A stretch of DNA of 63,083 nt, counting the filler. It is 3 parts of 3 records of this genome, joined end to end, with 100 filler letters (N's around TTAATTAATTAA, not from the genome) between each part and the next. Parts side by side here need not be neighbours in the genome. Positions count along the whole stretch, not along the records: positions 1 to 31,531 come from DRR723986_14739; 2 more parts are not named here. One strand, 5' to 3'. Positions 16,760 through 27,183 of the stretch are shown piece by piece. The notes beneath the pieces were generated by a model. It did no database searches and was not told where the DNA came from. It saw only the letters and a list, made by a program, of their open reading frames with translations. The position numbers were made by a program, and so were the translations under genes. Positions within the stretch are counted from its first letter, which is position 1, and each line of letters starts with the position of its first letter.

Positions 16760-19700
16760 GGTCCGTCCGATCCTCAGTTCTCTGTTCCAGCCAACGCTTT
16801 TCAGCGCTGCCCATGACCTCGTTCAACAAGGTGGCCAAATCGCCAACCCCGGGCTCCTGAAAAAGGGACGAATGGTCCCCTGGCAAGGTGACCCAATCCA
16901 CTGCGCCCGTCCCCGACAGCCATTCCCTGGCCCCTAGGCGGACCATCCATGCGCCCCGGCTTCGCCCGACGAAGGTCATTCGCCCCGACCAGCACGAGAC
17001 CGAATGGGACCGGGCGAGGCGAAGCATGTTCAGCAAGCGGCGGTCATCCGCCAACTCGCCAAATCGGCCATCGCCGGTCCATCGGCCCAAACGATCGAAC
17101 ACCCCCGGCAGCGTGTGCATGATCTCCAGCACCAGGCGCCCCAGCCAGGTCCAACGCGGTCCCAGACTGTCCACCAGGGTCAAGCTCAGCACCGTTACGC
17201 CCCGCTCTTCCAGAACGCGAGCCAGGTCGTGGGCAGGCAATCCACCGATGGAATATCCAAGCAGATGAACCGGCGCACTCTCCGCGAGACGCACCACCTG
17301 GTCGGCGTAGGACGCGACCAGGTCGGCCATGTGCGTGATGGCGGGCTGGTCGAACAAGGCCGGTGGAGCAAGGCAATGGACGGATCTGCCTGGGGGCAGA
17401 ACCTGGGCCAGTCGTTCGAAGGCCATCTCCCCCCGCGTCCCGGGTGCGATGAGGAACAGCGGGGGAGCCTCGCCGCCGGATCGCCGTTGCCGGTGAAGAG
17501 GCCCCTCCCCGGCGTCCAGAGCGCCCTCACCATCAGCGGCCTCCCGGCGCAACAGCATCACGAACTCGCGAACCGTGGGTGCGGCATACAGACTGGTGGC
17601 AGGGACCTTCCGCCCCAGTTCCGCTTCGATCCGCGTCATGATCCGGAGGGCCAGGAGAGAGTGTCCACCGATGTTGAAAAAATTCGCATCAAGGGGAACG
17701 GGAGCCCCTCCAAGTACTTCAGACCAGATGGAGGAAACGGACCGCTCCAAGGGATCCCCTTCATCACCAGCCTCCACGTACGGAGAACCAATAGCGCCTG
17801 CGTCTATGCGATCAGAGTTCCGCGGAGCCGGTAATCTTGCCCGGTCCACCTTGCCGTTACGGGTGAGCGGAAGCGCCTCCAGCCAGCAATAGGCGATCGG
17901 ACGCTGGGCCGGCGGCATGGTCTCCACCAGGACGCCATGCAAGCGTCCCACGGACGGCCTCGCCTGCGGAGCTGCCACGATATAGGCGACCAGTTCCAGC
18001 CCTTCGCCCGTTTCCTTTGGGCGAGGCTCGACGACAACCTCCTTGATGCCCGGCACGGTGCGGAGGCGCGCTTCAACTTCGCCCGGCTCCACCCTTTGGC
18101 CATTGATCTTCACCTGACCATCAAGGCGCCCGGAGAACCAAAGAAGCCCTTCTGCGTCCAGCCAACCACCATCGCCGGTCCAGTACAGAAGCCCCCCATC
18201 GGAAGAAAGGGGATCGGTCCGATAGCGAGCTGCGGATTCTTCCGGTCGGTTCCGGTACCCCAGGGCCAGAGCCGGTCCCCCGACGGCGATTTCGCCGATC
18301 ACCCCGGGCGGAAGCGGCCGCCCCTGGGCATCAAGGACGCGGACCACGGTGTCATCCATCGGATAGCCCACCGCTCCAACCCGGTGGGGCGGCTCGTCGG
18401 TGGCGTCCCAGACGGTGGCGCAAATCGTTGTTTCCGTAGCGCCATAGACGTTGAACAGGCGCGCTCCGGATGTGGCCACCAAACGGTCTCTCAGGGCGGG
18501 GGTCAATGTCTCTCCACCGCAGGTGACGCCGCGCAAGCTTCGACATCCCATGTAGTCGGGATGACTAACCACCTCCCGCAGCATGGAGGGGACGCCCACA
18601 CCGTGGGTGACCTGTTCCTGGACCATCAGCCGGGCGACAGCCCTCGGATCGAAACCCTCCCCTTCAGGGCTGACAACAAGGGTGGCGCCGGTGGTTACCG
18701 CCATCAACGCCTCCTGAACGGAAGGGTCGAAAGCTGGCGAGATGTAATTCAGGACCCGGTCACCCGGACCGACATCCAAACGGCGGCACAGGTCCAGAAG
18801 ACGGGAAGAAAGGGCTCCGTGGGGGAAAACAACACCCTTCGGCCGGCCCGTGGACCCGGACGTATGGAGGACAAAGGCAGGATCATCCGTGGCAACTGCA
18901 CGGATGGAAGTCGCGCGGCCGGTGGGACCCGAGGCGGTTTCGGTTCCCACGGACAGGGTGGGAATGCCCTCCAATTCAGACAGGCAGTCTCGCGTAATCA
19001 CGGCGAGGGGTCGGGCATCGGCCAAGATCTCCGCCACCCGTCCCGGAGGTGCGGCCACATCCATCGGCATGACCGCCAGTCCGGACTCCAGGATCGCCAA
19101 TTGGGCCACGAGTAGGTCCGCCGAGCGGGGTAAAAGCGTCGCGACCAAATCGCCGGGGGTGCCGCCGAACGCCACAAGCCGTTCGGCCAGGGCATCCACG
19201 CGCGCCCAAAGAGTGGCGTTGTCGAGGCTCGCCGCCCCGTCGCGTACCGCCAACCGCTCCGGATGCGCCACGGCCAGACGGCGGGCACGCAGATGCACCG
19301 GCTCGGGGGCTCCCTTTTCCCAGCGCGTGGAGGAAGGGTCTGGGAAGGCCAAGTCAACATCGCCTGGACGGGTATCCGGATCCCGGACCAAGGCTTCCAA
19401 CATCGCCCGGTAGGAGGACTCCAGGCTCGCCGCGGTCTCCTTGCGGATCTGGCCTGGGTCGAAGACCACCATCCCTACGGTACCTTCGGGTGTATCGAAC
19501 ACCTGAAGGTTCACCTGTGACCCATCTTCCATCTGGGGCAGAAGGAAACCCGACGCACCTTCCGCGAGGGCTTCTTTCAGGGTTGCGGCCAGGGGCTGGG
19601 TAAAGACACCATGGCCGAATTGCACCTGGAGATAGGGACCGGGCCCTCCCACCCGTTGCGGATCAACGGCCTCGATGACATTGGGAAAAGGAATTGCCCG

Positions 19701-22700
19701 ACGGTCGAGAAGCTCACCCATCCGGGTATTGAGCTTTTTGGCCAAGTCGCCAAGAGACCAGTCTTCCGCCCCCCTTTCCATCAGCGAAGGCATGACCATG
19801 GGGAGCGGGTTCACCGCGTAACCCACCCCGTTCACGCCGAATGGCCGGATATCGGCCATGAACGTCACTGCCATGGGGCTCGGCGCCCCCAGCCGAACCA
19901 AGGACGCCCACCAGGCGGCCAAATGAAGCGACGCGCGCCCAACACCCAGACGCGCAGCCCGGTCCGCGACCGCCGAGGACAGACGCCGGGACAACGCGAA
20001 ACGGCACGCCGGAAAGTCCGCTGTCGCTTCCCCAGGGACAGGGGCGGGCCAAGGGAGACGCACCGATACCGGGACCTCGTCCAACTCCGTGCGCCAGGCA
20101 TCCATTGCCTCCTCTCGCCCTGGTCCAACCAGGGCCGCCTCCTCCCGTCCGCGCGGATCGGGTGGCGGATCGAACTGGTCGAAGGTGTCCCCCCTCAGGA
20201 GACCGACAAGTTCCTGGGCGAGACGATCCAGGGATCGGGCGTCACACAGAAGATGGTGAATTGCGAGCACGGCAGGGCGCACACCATCGACAACAGGCCC
20301 AAGCACCAGCCGAACGCCCTGACCATCGGTGGGATCCAGAGGAGCCCTGGCGCTGGACCAAAGGCGTGTTTCAAGGGAAGCGATGGCCTCATCCGCCTGG
20401 GCATCCAGGACAACGAGCGATGGTTCTGGCTGGTCCTGAGGAAGGAACCGCGCTCCCCCACTGCCCAACACCACACGGAAACCAAGGACCGGATGCCGCC
20501 GGACCAAGTCCGCAAGGGCCATCTTCACCGTCGAAGCGGAAGGCATACCAGGTAAAAGGATCGGGGTTTGCGTCACCATGGACCACTGCCCCATATCGGC
20601 GAACAGCAACGCCGCCTCACCCCGGCCCAGGGATCGCCCTCCGTCGCCAGTGGGGGCCAGAGCAGAAGAATCGCGACCCGTTTCGGCCCCGGGGTTCAAA
20701 GGTGAGTGGTGTGCGATCCAGGCAGAGACCGCGCCCAGTGTCCCCTCGCGCATCAACGCAAGAGGCGGTGCCTGACCATGGCGGACTTCCAACCACCCCG
20801 CGAGCGCGAGCACACCCAGGGAGTCCAGGCCCAGGGCGAAAAGGGGTTCATCGACATTCAACGAGACACCGCGACCCAGTTGGCCTTCCAACCAACTCTT
20901 CAAATCCTCAACAGGACCAGCGAGGGACGAGCCGTCGGATGCCGGTGGATCGGCATCGACGTCCGTCCAAAACGAGGTCAGCCGACCATTCTTTAGGGCA
21001 TCCCGCATGGCCCCGCGCCGAACCTTCCCACTGGAAGTGCGGATCACCTCCCGCCGGGGAACCAATTCCAAGCGATCCAGCGTGAGGTCCATCTGGCGCC
21101 AAAGGGAGGTGCGAATGGCTTTGGCGACGGCCCGGGCCTCGTCCTCCCCGACCTCCTTGCGCAGACCGGCGACCATCGCAACCCGATCTCCGTCGCCCCA
21201 GGCGAAAGCCGCCTGACACCCCGGTTCCAGCAGGGGGTGAGCTTCCTGGGCCAGTCGTTCCAGGTCCTGGGGATAAAGAACACGACCATGGCGAAGAATG
21301 GCGTCGTCCATGCGCCCCGTGACGAACAGCTCTCCATCGTCCAGGAAGCCCAGATCCCGGGTGCGCAGAAACCGCTCTTCCCCCGGGGGAAAACCATCAG
21401 GACGGACATTCACGTTCTGCGAGGCACCGATATCGTTCCAGTAGCCGGCCGTCACCTGAGGACCGGCAACCCAGATTTCACCCACTAGTCCATCAGGTAG
21501 AACGCCATGCGTTTGCGGATCCACGACCAGAAGGTCCACGGTCTTGACCGGCCACCCCGAGGAGACCAGGGCACTGAAACGCTCTCCATCCTCATTCTCC
21601 GACCTCCCGGCGCGCCGCGCGACCCCACGGCCCAGCCCGACATAGCGGCGAACCAGAGGCAGCGCCCCGGGGCGGGACGTGGAAATGGTCAGGGTTGCCT
21701 CTGCCATCCCGTAGGTTGGATACAGTGCCTCCGCCTTCAGGCCAAAAGGAGCGAAGGCTTCAACGAAGCGGCTCAAGGTCGTCGCACGAACGGGCTCGGC
21801 GCCATTGAAGACAACCTCCAGAGTGGAAAGATCCATCTCCGGCACAGGTCGTCCTTTCGCCTTGGCCCTAGCGAGGGCTTCGACACAGGCATCAAAGGCG
21901 AAGTTCGGTCCGCCACTGACCGTCGCACCGTGGTCTGAGACGGCTTGAAGCCAGCGCAAGGGATCACGAACAATGGTGCTGGGCGGCAAAATGATCGACT
22001 GCCCACCGTTGAGGATGGTTTGAAGAAACCCGCCGAACAGGCCCAAGTCGTGGAAGACCGGCAACCAGGACACACAGATCGACTCGGCATTGAGTGCCAT
22101 GGCCTGGCCTGTCGCCTCGAAGTTCGCCATGATCGCTCCATGGGTAACCGTCACGCCTTTGGGCGTCGAGGTCGACCCCGAGGTATACTGCAGGAGTGCC
22201 AGGTCCCCCTTGTCCGGCCAAGGATCGCCGGAAAAGCCGGCCAAGGTCTCGCCCAGACCGTCGGTTGTCAGGGCTTCCAAATCCGGCCAGGCCGGCATGG
22301 TTCTCCAGGCCGTCTCGGTGAGAAGGTCCGTCAGTTCCCCAGGCACCTCGGCCCCAAGCAGCGGAGCACCCTCGCTCTCCACCAGACCCAGGGCGGGATG
22401 ACAGTCCGCGGCGATCCTCATAAGCCGCTCCCCGGTGATTCGTCGGGGAACGGGGACCGCTACTCCCTTCAGGCGAAGGCAGGCCAGAAAAGCCAGGCAA
22501 AACCCCAGGGTATTGTCCTGGGCAAGCAGAACCCGATCTCCTGCGCGAACGAGCGGAGCCAATCGACCAGCCAAACCTTCCACGGCCCGCCAAAGAGTAA
22601 GAAAATCAACTTCCCGCGCCGTTTGAACCGGGACTGCGGGGAACATCAGCGCAGGACGCGCACCTTGAAGAAGAGCCCAGCTCTTGAGCAAATCAAGACA

Positions 22701-22754
22701 GGTTTGACAATTTTCACCATGCAAGCCGGAATTATTACTTGGCCGTGTGTCCAA
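16746..22754 (-). CDS. Single-module NRPS: FAAL-ACP-C-A-PCP-TE
   Basis: FAAL motifs (LQYTSGSTSTPKGV, SWLPVFHDLGL, GGPNFAF, YGMAEATL, RTSSGK); ACP LGLDSL; C-domain HHLLCD; A-domain HTSGSTGRPKG, YGATE, QVKINGQRVEPGE, LPLTRNGKVDR; PCP FFNIGGHSL; TE GYSIGG and GDH. Confidence 0.93.
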   Translation of the reverse strand: MDTRPSNNSGLHGENCQTCLDLLKSWALLQGARPALMFPAVPVQTAREVDFLTLWRAVEGLAGRLAPLVRAGDRVLLAQDNTLGFCLAFLACLRLKGVAVPVPRRITGERLMRIAADCHPALGLVESEGAPLLGAEVPGELTDLLTETAWRTMPAWPDLEALTTDGLGETLAGFSGDPWPDKGDLALLQYTSGSTSTPKGVTVTHGAIMANFEATGQAMALNAESICVSWLPVFHDLGLFGGFLQTILNGGQSIILPPSTIVRDPLRWLQAVSDHGATVSGGPNFAFDACVEALARAKAKGRPVPEMDLSTLEVVFNGAEPVRATTLSRFVEAFAPFGLKAEALYPTYGMAEATLTISTSRPGALPLVRRYVGLGRGVARRAGRSENEDGERFSALVSSGWPVKTVDLLVVDPQTHGVLPDGLVGEIWVAGPQVTAGYWNDIGASQNVNVRPDGFPPGEERFLRTRDLGFLDDGELFVTGRMDDAILRHGRVLYPQDLERLAQEAHPLLEPGCQAAFAWGDGDRVAMVAGLRKEVGEDEARAVAKAIRTSLWRQMDLTLDRLELVPRREVIRTSSGKVRRGAMRDALKNGRLTSFWTDVDADPPASDGSSLAGPVEDLKSWLEGQLGRGVSLNVDEPLFALGLDSLGVLALAGWLEVRHGQAPPLALMREGTLGAVSAWIAHHSPLNPGAETGRDSSALAPTGDGGRSLGRGEAALLFADMGQWSMVTQTPILLPGMPSASTVKMALADLVRRHPVLGFRVVLGSGGARFLPQDQPEPSLVVLDAQADEAIASLETRLWSSARAPLDPTDGQGVRLVLGPVVDGVRPAVLAIHHLLCDARSLDRLAQELVGLLRGDTFDQFDPPPDPRGREEAALVGPGREEAMDAWRTELDEVPVSVRLPWPAPVPGEATADFPACRFALSRRLSSAVADRAARLGVGRASLHLAAWWASLVRLGAPSPMAVTFMADIRPFGVNGVGYAVNPLPMVMPSLMERGAEDWSLGDLAKKLNTRMGELLDRRAIPFPNVIEAVDPQRVGGPGPYLQVQFGHGVFTQPLAATLKEALAEGASGFLLPQMEDGSQVNLQVFDTPEGTVGMVVFDPGQIRKETAASLESSYRAMLEALVRDPDTRPGDVDLAFPDPSSTRWEKGAPEPVHLRARRLAVAHPERLAVRDGAASLDNATLWARVDALAERLVAFGGTPGDLVATLLPRSADLLVAQLAILESGLAVMPMDVAAPPGRVAEILADARPLAVITRDCLSELEGIPTLSVGTETASGPTGRATSIRAVATDDPAFVLHTSGSTGRPKGVVFPHGALSSRLLDLCRRLDVGPGDRVLNYISPAFDPSVQEALMAVTTGATLVVSPEGEGFDPRAVARLMVQEQVTHGVGVPSMLREVVSHPDYMGCRSLRGVTCGGETLTPALRDRLVATSGARLFNVYGATETTICATVWDATDEPPHRVGAVGYPMDDTVVRVLDAQGRPLPPGVIGEIAVGGPALALGYRNRPEESAARYRTDPLSSDGGLLYWTGDGGWLDAEGLLWFSGRLDGQVKINGQRVEPGEVEARLRTVPGIKEVVVEPRPKETGEGLELVAYIVAAPQARPSVGRLHGVLVETMPPAQRPIAYCWLEALPLTRNGKVDRARLPAPRNSDRIDAGAIGSPYVEAGDEGDPLERSVSSIWSEVLGGAPVPLDANFFNIGGHSLLALRIMTRIEAELGRKVPATSLYAAPTVREFVMLLRREAADGEGALDAGEGPLHRQRRSGGEAPPLFLIAPGTRGEMAFERLAQVLPPGRSVHCLAPPALFDQPAITHMADLVASYADQVVRLAESAPVHLLGYSIGGLPAHDLARVLEERGVTVLSLTLVDSLGPRWTWLGRLVLEIMHTLPGVFDRLGRWTGDGRFGELADDRRLLNMLRLARSHSVSCWSGRMTFVGRSRGAWMVRLGAREWLSGTGAVDWVTLPGDHSSLFQEPGVGDLATLLNEVMGSAEKRWLEQRTEDRTDHEGK

Positions 22755-22977
22755 TTTATTTCTAGCCCCAAGTTCGCCCCCATTATTTTAGACCGGGCGC
22801 CAGCTTCCCCTCGAGAGACAATAGAAAAATATTTGCCTTCCAAAAATGACACTTAGCACATACCCTGCGAATTACGCAGGGCTCATCACAAAATTTCGCG
22901 GGACATCGCACCGCGGATTTTGCTTTCGCAAGATGAATATAATTTCAAGTAAATGTATCCAAAAAAGGTACAAATTT

Positions 22978-23784
22978 ATGAAATTTGATGACAACGTCGC
23001 GATCGAAGACAAAAATCCAAAGAAAGACTTCGATCTGGACAGCAGATGGGGAAACTATATTAAGGCCGGTACGGATTTCCCGGTGGCCCGCAAGATCGAA
23101 ATTGACGAGATGCTCGAACGGGCATCGGCACAGGAGGGCGAGAAAGTCGCCGATTTTGGGTGTGGCGATGGGGCCATCACCCTTCCCCTGGCTGAGGCTG
23201 TGGGACCAGACGGACACGTCACCGCGCTGGACGCTTCAGACGGGATGTTGCGCGGACTGACCCGGCGGATAGGTGATCTCGCTGTAGACGCAGTACATCT
23301 GACCGGACCGGACCTGCCGCTCGCCGATGGCTCCGTCGATCTCGTGACGTCTCTGGCCAATTTCCACCATGTGCCTGACAAGATTCGGCAAGCCCGTGAA
23401 TTCGCCCGGATTCTGCGCCCCGGTGGGCGTCTCGTCATCGGTGACGTGCCCGATAACACCAATATTCAACGTTACTTCGACGGCGCAGTGGACGAAATGT
23501 CCTCCACCGGACACAAACATCGTTTTCTGGACCCTTGGGACGCCGAGTTCATGTGTGCGGAATCGGGACTGACCCTCGTATCCTGGGAAATTCGTCCCGT
23601 TCCATGGATTTTCGCTTCCCCATCCGACGCAGCGCGCTTCCTCCACCTGATCCATGACGCCACCTGCACACCGCAGGAGTGCCTGGACCGTGCACGCCTG
23701 GACCTGGGCTACCACGAGGAACCGGGCCGCTTCCTCCTGTTCTGGAAGTTGTTCTACCTGATTGCCCACAAACCGATCTCTTGA
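22978..23784 (+). CDS. Class I SAM-dependent methyltransferase (type 11-like)
   Basis: VADFGCGDG motif I, LDAS, VDLV and RILRPGGRLVI; ATG at 22978 preferred over 22846. Confidence 0.88.
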   Translation: MKFDDNVAIEDKNPKKDFDLDSRWGNYIKAGTDFPVARKIEIDEMLERASAQEGEKVADFGCGDGAITLPLAEAVGPDGHVTALDASDGMLRGLTRRIGDLAVDAVHLTGPDLPLADGSVDLVTSLANFHHVPDKIRQAREFARILRPGGRLVIGDVPDNTNIQRYFDGAVDEMSSTGHKHRFLDPWDAEFMCAESGLTLVSWEIRPVPWIFASPSDAARFLHLIHDATCTPQECLDRARLDLGYHEEPGRFLLFWKLFYLIAHKPIS

Positions 23785-23859
23785 GGCGCCACCAGGGTGC
23801 GGGCTTTGTTCCCGCCCCGTGCCATACTGTCCCGGCTTCAGCCGTTTTGGTGACCCCCA

Positions 23860-25947
23860 ATGCCCTTGCCCCCCTCCCTCACTCCCGCTGCCCTGCTACG
23901 CGAGATGGACCCTTTCCGGGATCTGCCCGAGGAGGTTCTGGCCCAGTTGGCGGATACCGCGACCTTCCTTACCTCGTCGAGCGCGCCACGATGGCCCGCC
24001 AGGCCACATGACTCCGCGACCACGCTTTTTGAGGGCGAACCGGGGGCGCCTCACACCTTCGCCCCTATCTCACCGCCTTCTGATGGGGAGAGACCATTCC
24101 ATCCGGGATCGATCCTCGCACTCGACAGTCGGACCCTGCGCCGCGCCTATCTGGATGCTCCGGACCTCTTCCGCACCCACCCCTCCCATGCCGCGGCGCA
24201 ATCCCTGCAAAGCCGGGTTTCCGAAACCCTGCGCCATGAAACGGCGTTTCGGAACGCCTCGCCTGAACTGCTCTCCGATCTTGAAACCCGCCTCCCCGTT
24301 CGTGTCCATGCAGGAGGCGAACGTATCTTTTCCCAGGGCGCAACCTCGGAATATCTGTTGATCGTCGTTTCAGGCATGGTTCGCCCCTCCCAGCATCAGC
24401 CTGACGGCGACATCAAGATCTTTTCCCCCCTCGGTTCCGGGGCTGTGGTCGGAGAAATGGGTGTCGTGCTAGGCGACACCCGGGCCGCGGATTTGACCGC
24501 TGTTCGGGATTGCGAATGCCTGGTGATGGATCAAGAGATCTACCGATCCTTGCTCGTCGCCCATCCGATGGAAATAAGCAGGATCCTTGGTGGTGTGATC
24601 CGAGGCCACCTTGTCGCCGCGACTGAACGACAACCACACAGCCATCCCTCGGCCATCGCCATCGTGCCCCTTGATGCACCTGAAAACGCGGTCATGGCAG
24701 CGCATGAACTGCTTCCCGCGTTCACAGCACTGGGGCGCGTCAGCGCCTTGACCAAGGAAGATGGCCTCGCCATGTCCGAGTTTGGCCATGGCATAGAAAC
24801 CGCGCATTTGAATGCTCTTGAGAAGTCCGTCGACCTGCTCCTTTATGTGGCCGACGAGGTCGAGGGAGCCTGGCGCGACTGTTGCCTGCGTCATGCCGAC
24901 CATGTCCTCTTCGTCACCTCTTGGGATGCCGAAACGGCGCTTCGCCCGGTTGAAGTTCAATTTGCCGAGAACAAGACCCATTCCATGAAGCGGCATTCCC
25001 TCCTGGTGCTCCATCCCGCCCAGGCCCCCCGTCCGCATAGAGCCAGGGAATGGCGCGCCGAGCGGGAGAATGCTCCCCAACACCACCTGCGCCTTTCAAC
25101 CCCCGCGGATGCCGGACGAGTGGCGCGGACATTGGTTGGAAAGGCACGCGGTCTGGTCCTGGGAGGGGGCGGCGCACGCGGGTTCGCCCATGTGGGGGTC
25201 ATCCGCGAGTTGAAATCCCGGGGGATTGACGTGGACATGGTGGGGGGCAACAGCATGGGGGCCCTTATCGGCGCCCAATTCGCCAAAGGGGACAGCCCGG
25301 ACGAGATCCTTGAAAACACCCTCGCCCTGACCCGAAAGGGGGAACGCCCAACCCTTCCCCTTGTATCCCTCGTCGGAGGTCGACGGTTTGCACGCTCCCT
25401 GGAGAACATGTTCGAAGGCTTGACCTTCGAGGACCTCTGGACACCCTTCTTCACCGTCGCCTGCGACCTTACCCAGGCAACCACCGAGGTGCTGGACAGT
25501 GGTCCTCTCCATTTCGCAGTGCGCGCGAGCAACTCTCCGGCCGGCATTTTTCCACCAACCTTGAAACGGGGGCATTTGCTGGTGGATGGAGCGATTTTGA
25601 ACAACGTCCCGGTCGACGCGATGCGGGACCGCGTCGGGTCGGGCCAGGTGATCGCGGTCGACGTCAATCCCCGCGAAGACCTGGTCGTCGATGCCTCCCT
25701 GGAACGGTTCGGCCCGCTTGATGTGTTGACCCGCCTGTTTTCGCGCCGGACGGAGAAGCTGCCAACCCTGCCTGAAATCCTGGTGCGTGCCGGCATTGTC
25801 GGCGGTATCGCCCACCGGGACCAAACCAAGGCGATGGCGGACCTCTTGATCGAACCTCCGGTGGGTCGCTTCCCCCTTATCGGCTATGGCCAGGCTCATA
25901 CCATCGCCCAGGTCGGTCAGGATGCCGCGAGAGCGCGATTGAGCTGA
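23860..25947 (+). CDS. cNMP-binding domain / patatin-like phospholipase (NTE/RssA-like)
   Basis: cNMP domain (IFSQG, VVGEMG, RAADLTAVRD); patatin GGGGARG, GNSMG nucleophile and DGA motif. Confidence 0.9.
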   Translation: MPLPPSLTPAALLREMDPFRDLPEEVLAQLADTATFLTSSSAPRWPARPHDSATTLFEGEPGAPHTFAPISPPSDGERPFHPGSILALDSRTLRRAYLDAPDLFRTHPSHAAAQSLQSRVSETLRHETAFRNASPELLSDLETRLPVRVHAGGERIFSQGATSEYLLIVVSGMVRPSQHQPDGDIKIFSPLGSGAVVGEMGVVLGDTRAADLTAVRDCECLVMDQEIYRSLLVAHPMEISRILGGVIRGHLVAATERQPHSHPSAIAIVPLDAPENAVMAAHELLPAFTALGRVSALTKEDGLAMSEFGHGIETAHLNALEKSVDLLLYVADEVEGAWRDCCLRHADHVLFVTSWDAETALRPVEVQFAENKTHSMKRHSLLVLHPAQAPRPHRAREWRAERENAPQHHLRLSTPADAGRVARTLVGKARGLVLGGGGARGFAHVGVIRELKSRGIDVDMVGGNSMGALIGAQFAKGDSPDEILENTLALTRKGERPTLPLVSLVGGRRFARSLENMFEGLTFEDLWTPFFTVACDLTQATTEVLDSGPLHFAVRASNSPAGIFPPTLKRGHLLVDGAILNNVPVDAMRDRVGSGQVIAVDVNPREDLVVDASLERFGPLDVLTRLFSRRTEKLPTLPEILVRAGIVGGIAHRDQTKAMADLLIEPPVGRFPLIGYGQAHTIAQVGQDAARARLS

Positions 25948-26253
25948 ACCGATTCCTGTGCATGTTCCCGCTTTGAGTTTGAGCCCGTCCCTTTAAGGAA
26001 ACGAGCCCCGGAGAACAGGGAAAAGGCTTCGGGATAGCGAAAGTCGATTTCTCATACTGCTGGGATTTCAGGACGAGCTGGAGCGACGATACCGAGGATC
26101 GCTCCACTGTCCCTATTGAACGTAATCCAGCCTTTGGCCGGATGAGGGTCTTGAGCGTCGATCTGGTGTGAAATGCAAGTGAGTTCCACCGCCAGACACC
26201 AGGTAACAAGCGACGCGGCGCTTCTTCCAGCAAGACTTTCTTGCGCGTCGAGA

Positions 26254-27183
26254 TCAGCCTTCCAGGATACGTCTCAGTGAAACAACCGCGGCCGAGGTCC
26301 GGTTTTCAACGCCCAGCTTGCCGAAGATCCGGTCCAAATGCTTGTTCACCGTGCGCGGGCTCATGTCCAGAATGGAGGCGATTTCCTTGTTGGACTTTCC
26401 GTTGGCAATCCAGATCAGGACTTCGGCTTCGCGTTCCGTCAGGTCGAAGGCATCCTTCAGGATTTCGGAAGGCACGCTGTCCGAGACATCCGACACGCGC
26501 AGCAGATGCTCACCCGCGCTGATGTTGCCGGCATAAGTGAACCGCAACTCCCGTCCCTTGATACGGGCAACAATGTCCTCTTCCTTCTGGGCAGCCTTTC
26601 CCTGTGGCAGCAGGTAATGGCGCAGCCAGTCGACGGCAGCTTCCGGCAACTGCCCGGCAGCCGCTGCGTCCTCGGCCGTGCCCGTACCAAGCAGCGCGGA
26701 GGCCTGCGGTGTCGCCCAGCATACGGCACCCGACAGGTCGACCGACATCAAGTAACGACCGGATGCATCAAGTGCGACATGGGCGCTGCGCGAATTCCGG
26801 GCGTTGGAAATATGCACGCGCAGACGGGCGATCAGTTCGTCCGGGTTGACCGGCTTGGTCACATAGTCGACGCCACCTGATTCCAGGCCCCTGACAATAT
26901 GTTCCGTCTCGCTCAATCCGGTCATGAATAGAACCGGCACATCCCGAAGGTCTTCCAGCGCCTTCAGGCGCTTGCTGGTTTCGAATCCGTCGAGCTCGGG
27001 CATGATCGCGTCCATGAGGATCGCATTGGGGATCACGCGGGCTGCGATTTCTATCGCCTTTCGACCGCTTTGAGCCACCAGAACGGTGAAACCGGCTTCC
27101 TCCAGGGCGTCCGAAAGCATGCCCAGGGAAGAAGGTGTGTCATCGACCAGCAGCACCGTCTCGGCCTGACTAGGAGCACTCAT
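26254..27183 (-). CDS. Response regulator, REC + LuxR-type HTH
   Basis: VLLVDD, ILMDAIMPELDG, DYVTKP; C-terminal LTEREAEVL...GKSNKEIA..L..SPRTVNKH; start overlaps the kinase stop. Confidence 0.92.
   Translation of the reverse strand: MSAPSQAETVLLVDDTPSSLGMLSDALEEAGFTVLVAQSGRKAIEIAARVIPNAILMDAIMPELDGFETSKRLKALEDLRDVPVLFMTGLSETEHIVRGLESGGVDYVTKPVNPDELIARLRVHISNARNSRSAHVALDASGRYLMSVDLSGAVCWATPQASALLGTGTAEDAAAAGQLPEAAVDWLRHYLLPQGKAAQKEEDIVARIKGRELRFTYAGNISAGEHLLRVSDVSDSVPSEILKDAFDLTEREAEVLIWIANGKSNKEIASILDMSPRTVNKHLDRIFGKLGVENRTSAAVVSLRRILEG

Noticed and set aside
23860-25947. CBASS/Pycsar-type antiphage effector (patatin plus cNMP domain)
   Set aside because: No nucleotide cyclase or CD-NTase nearby; the architecture matches NTE/RssA-like lipases.
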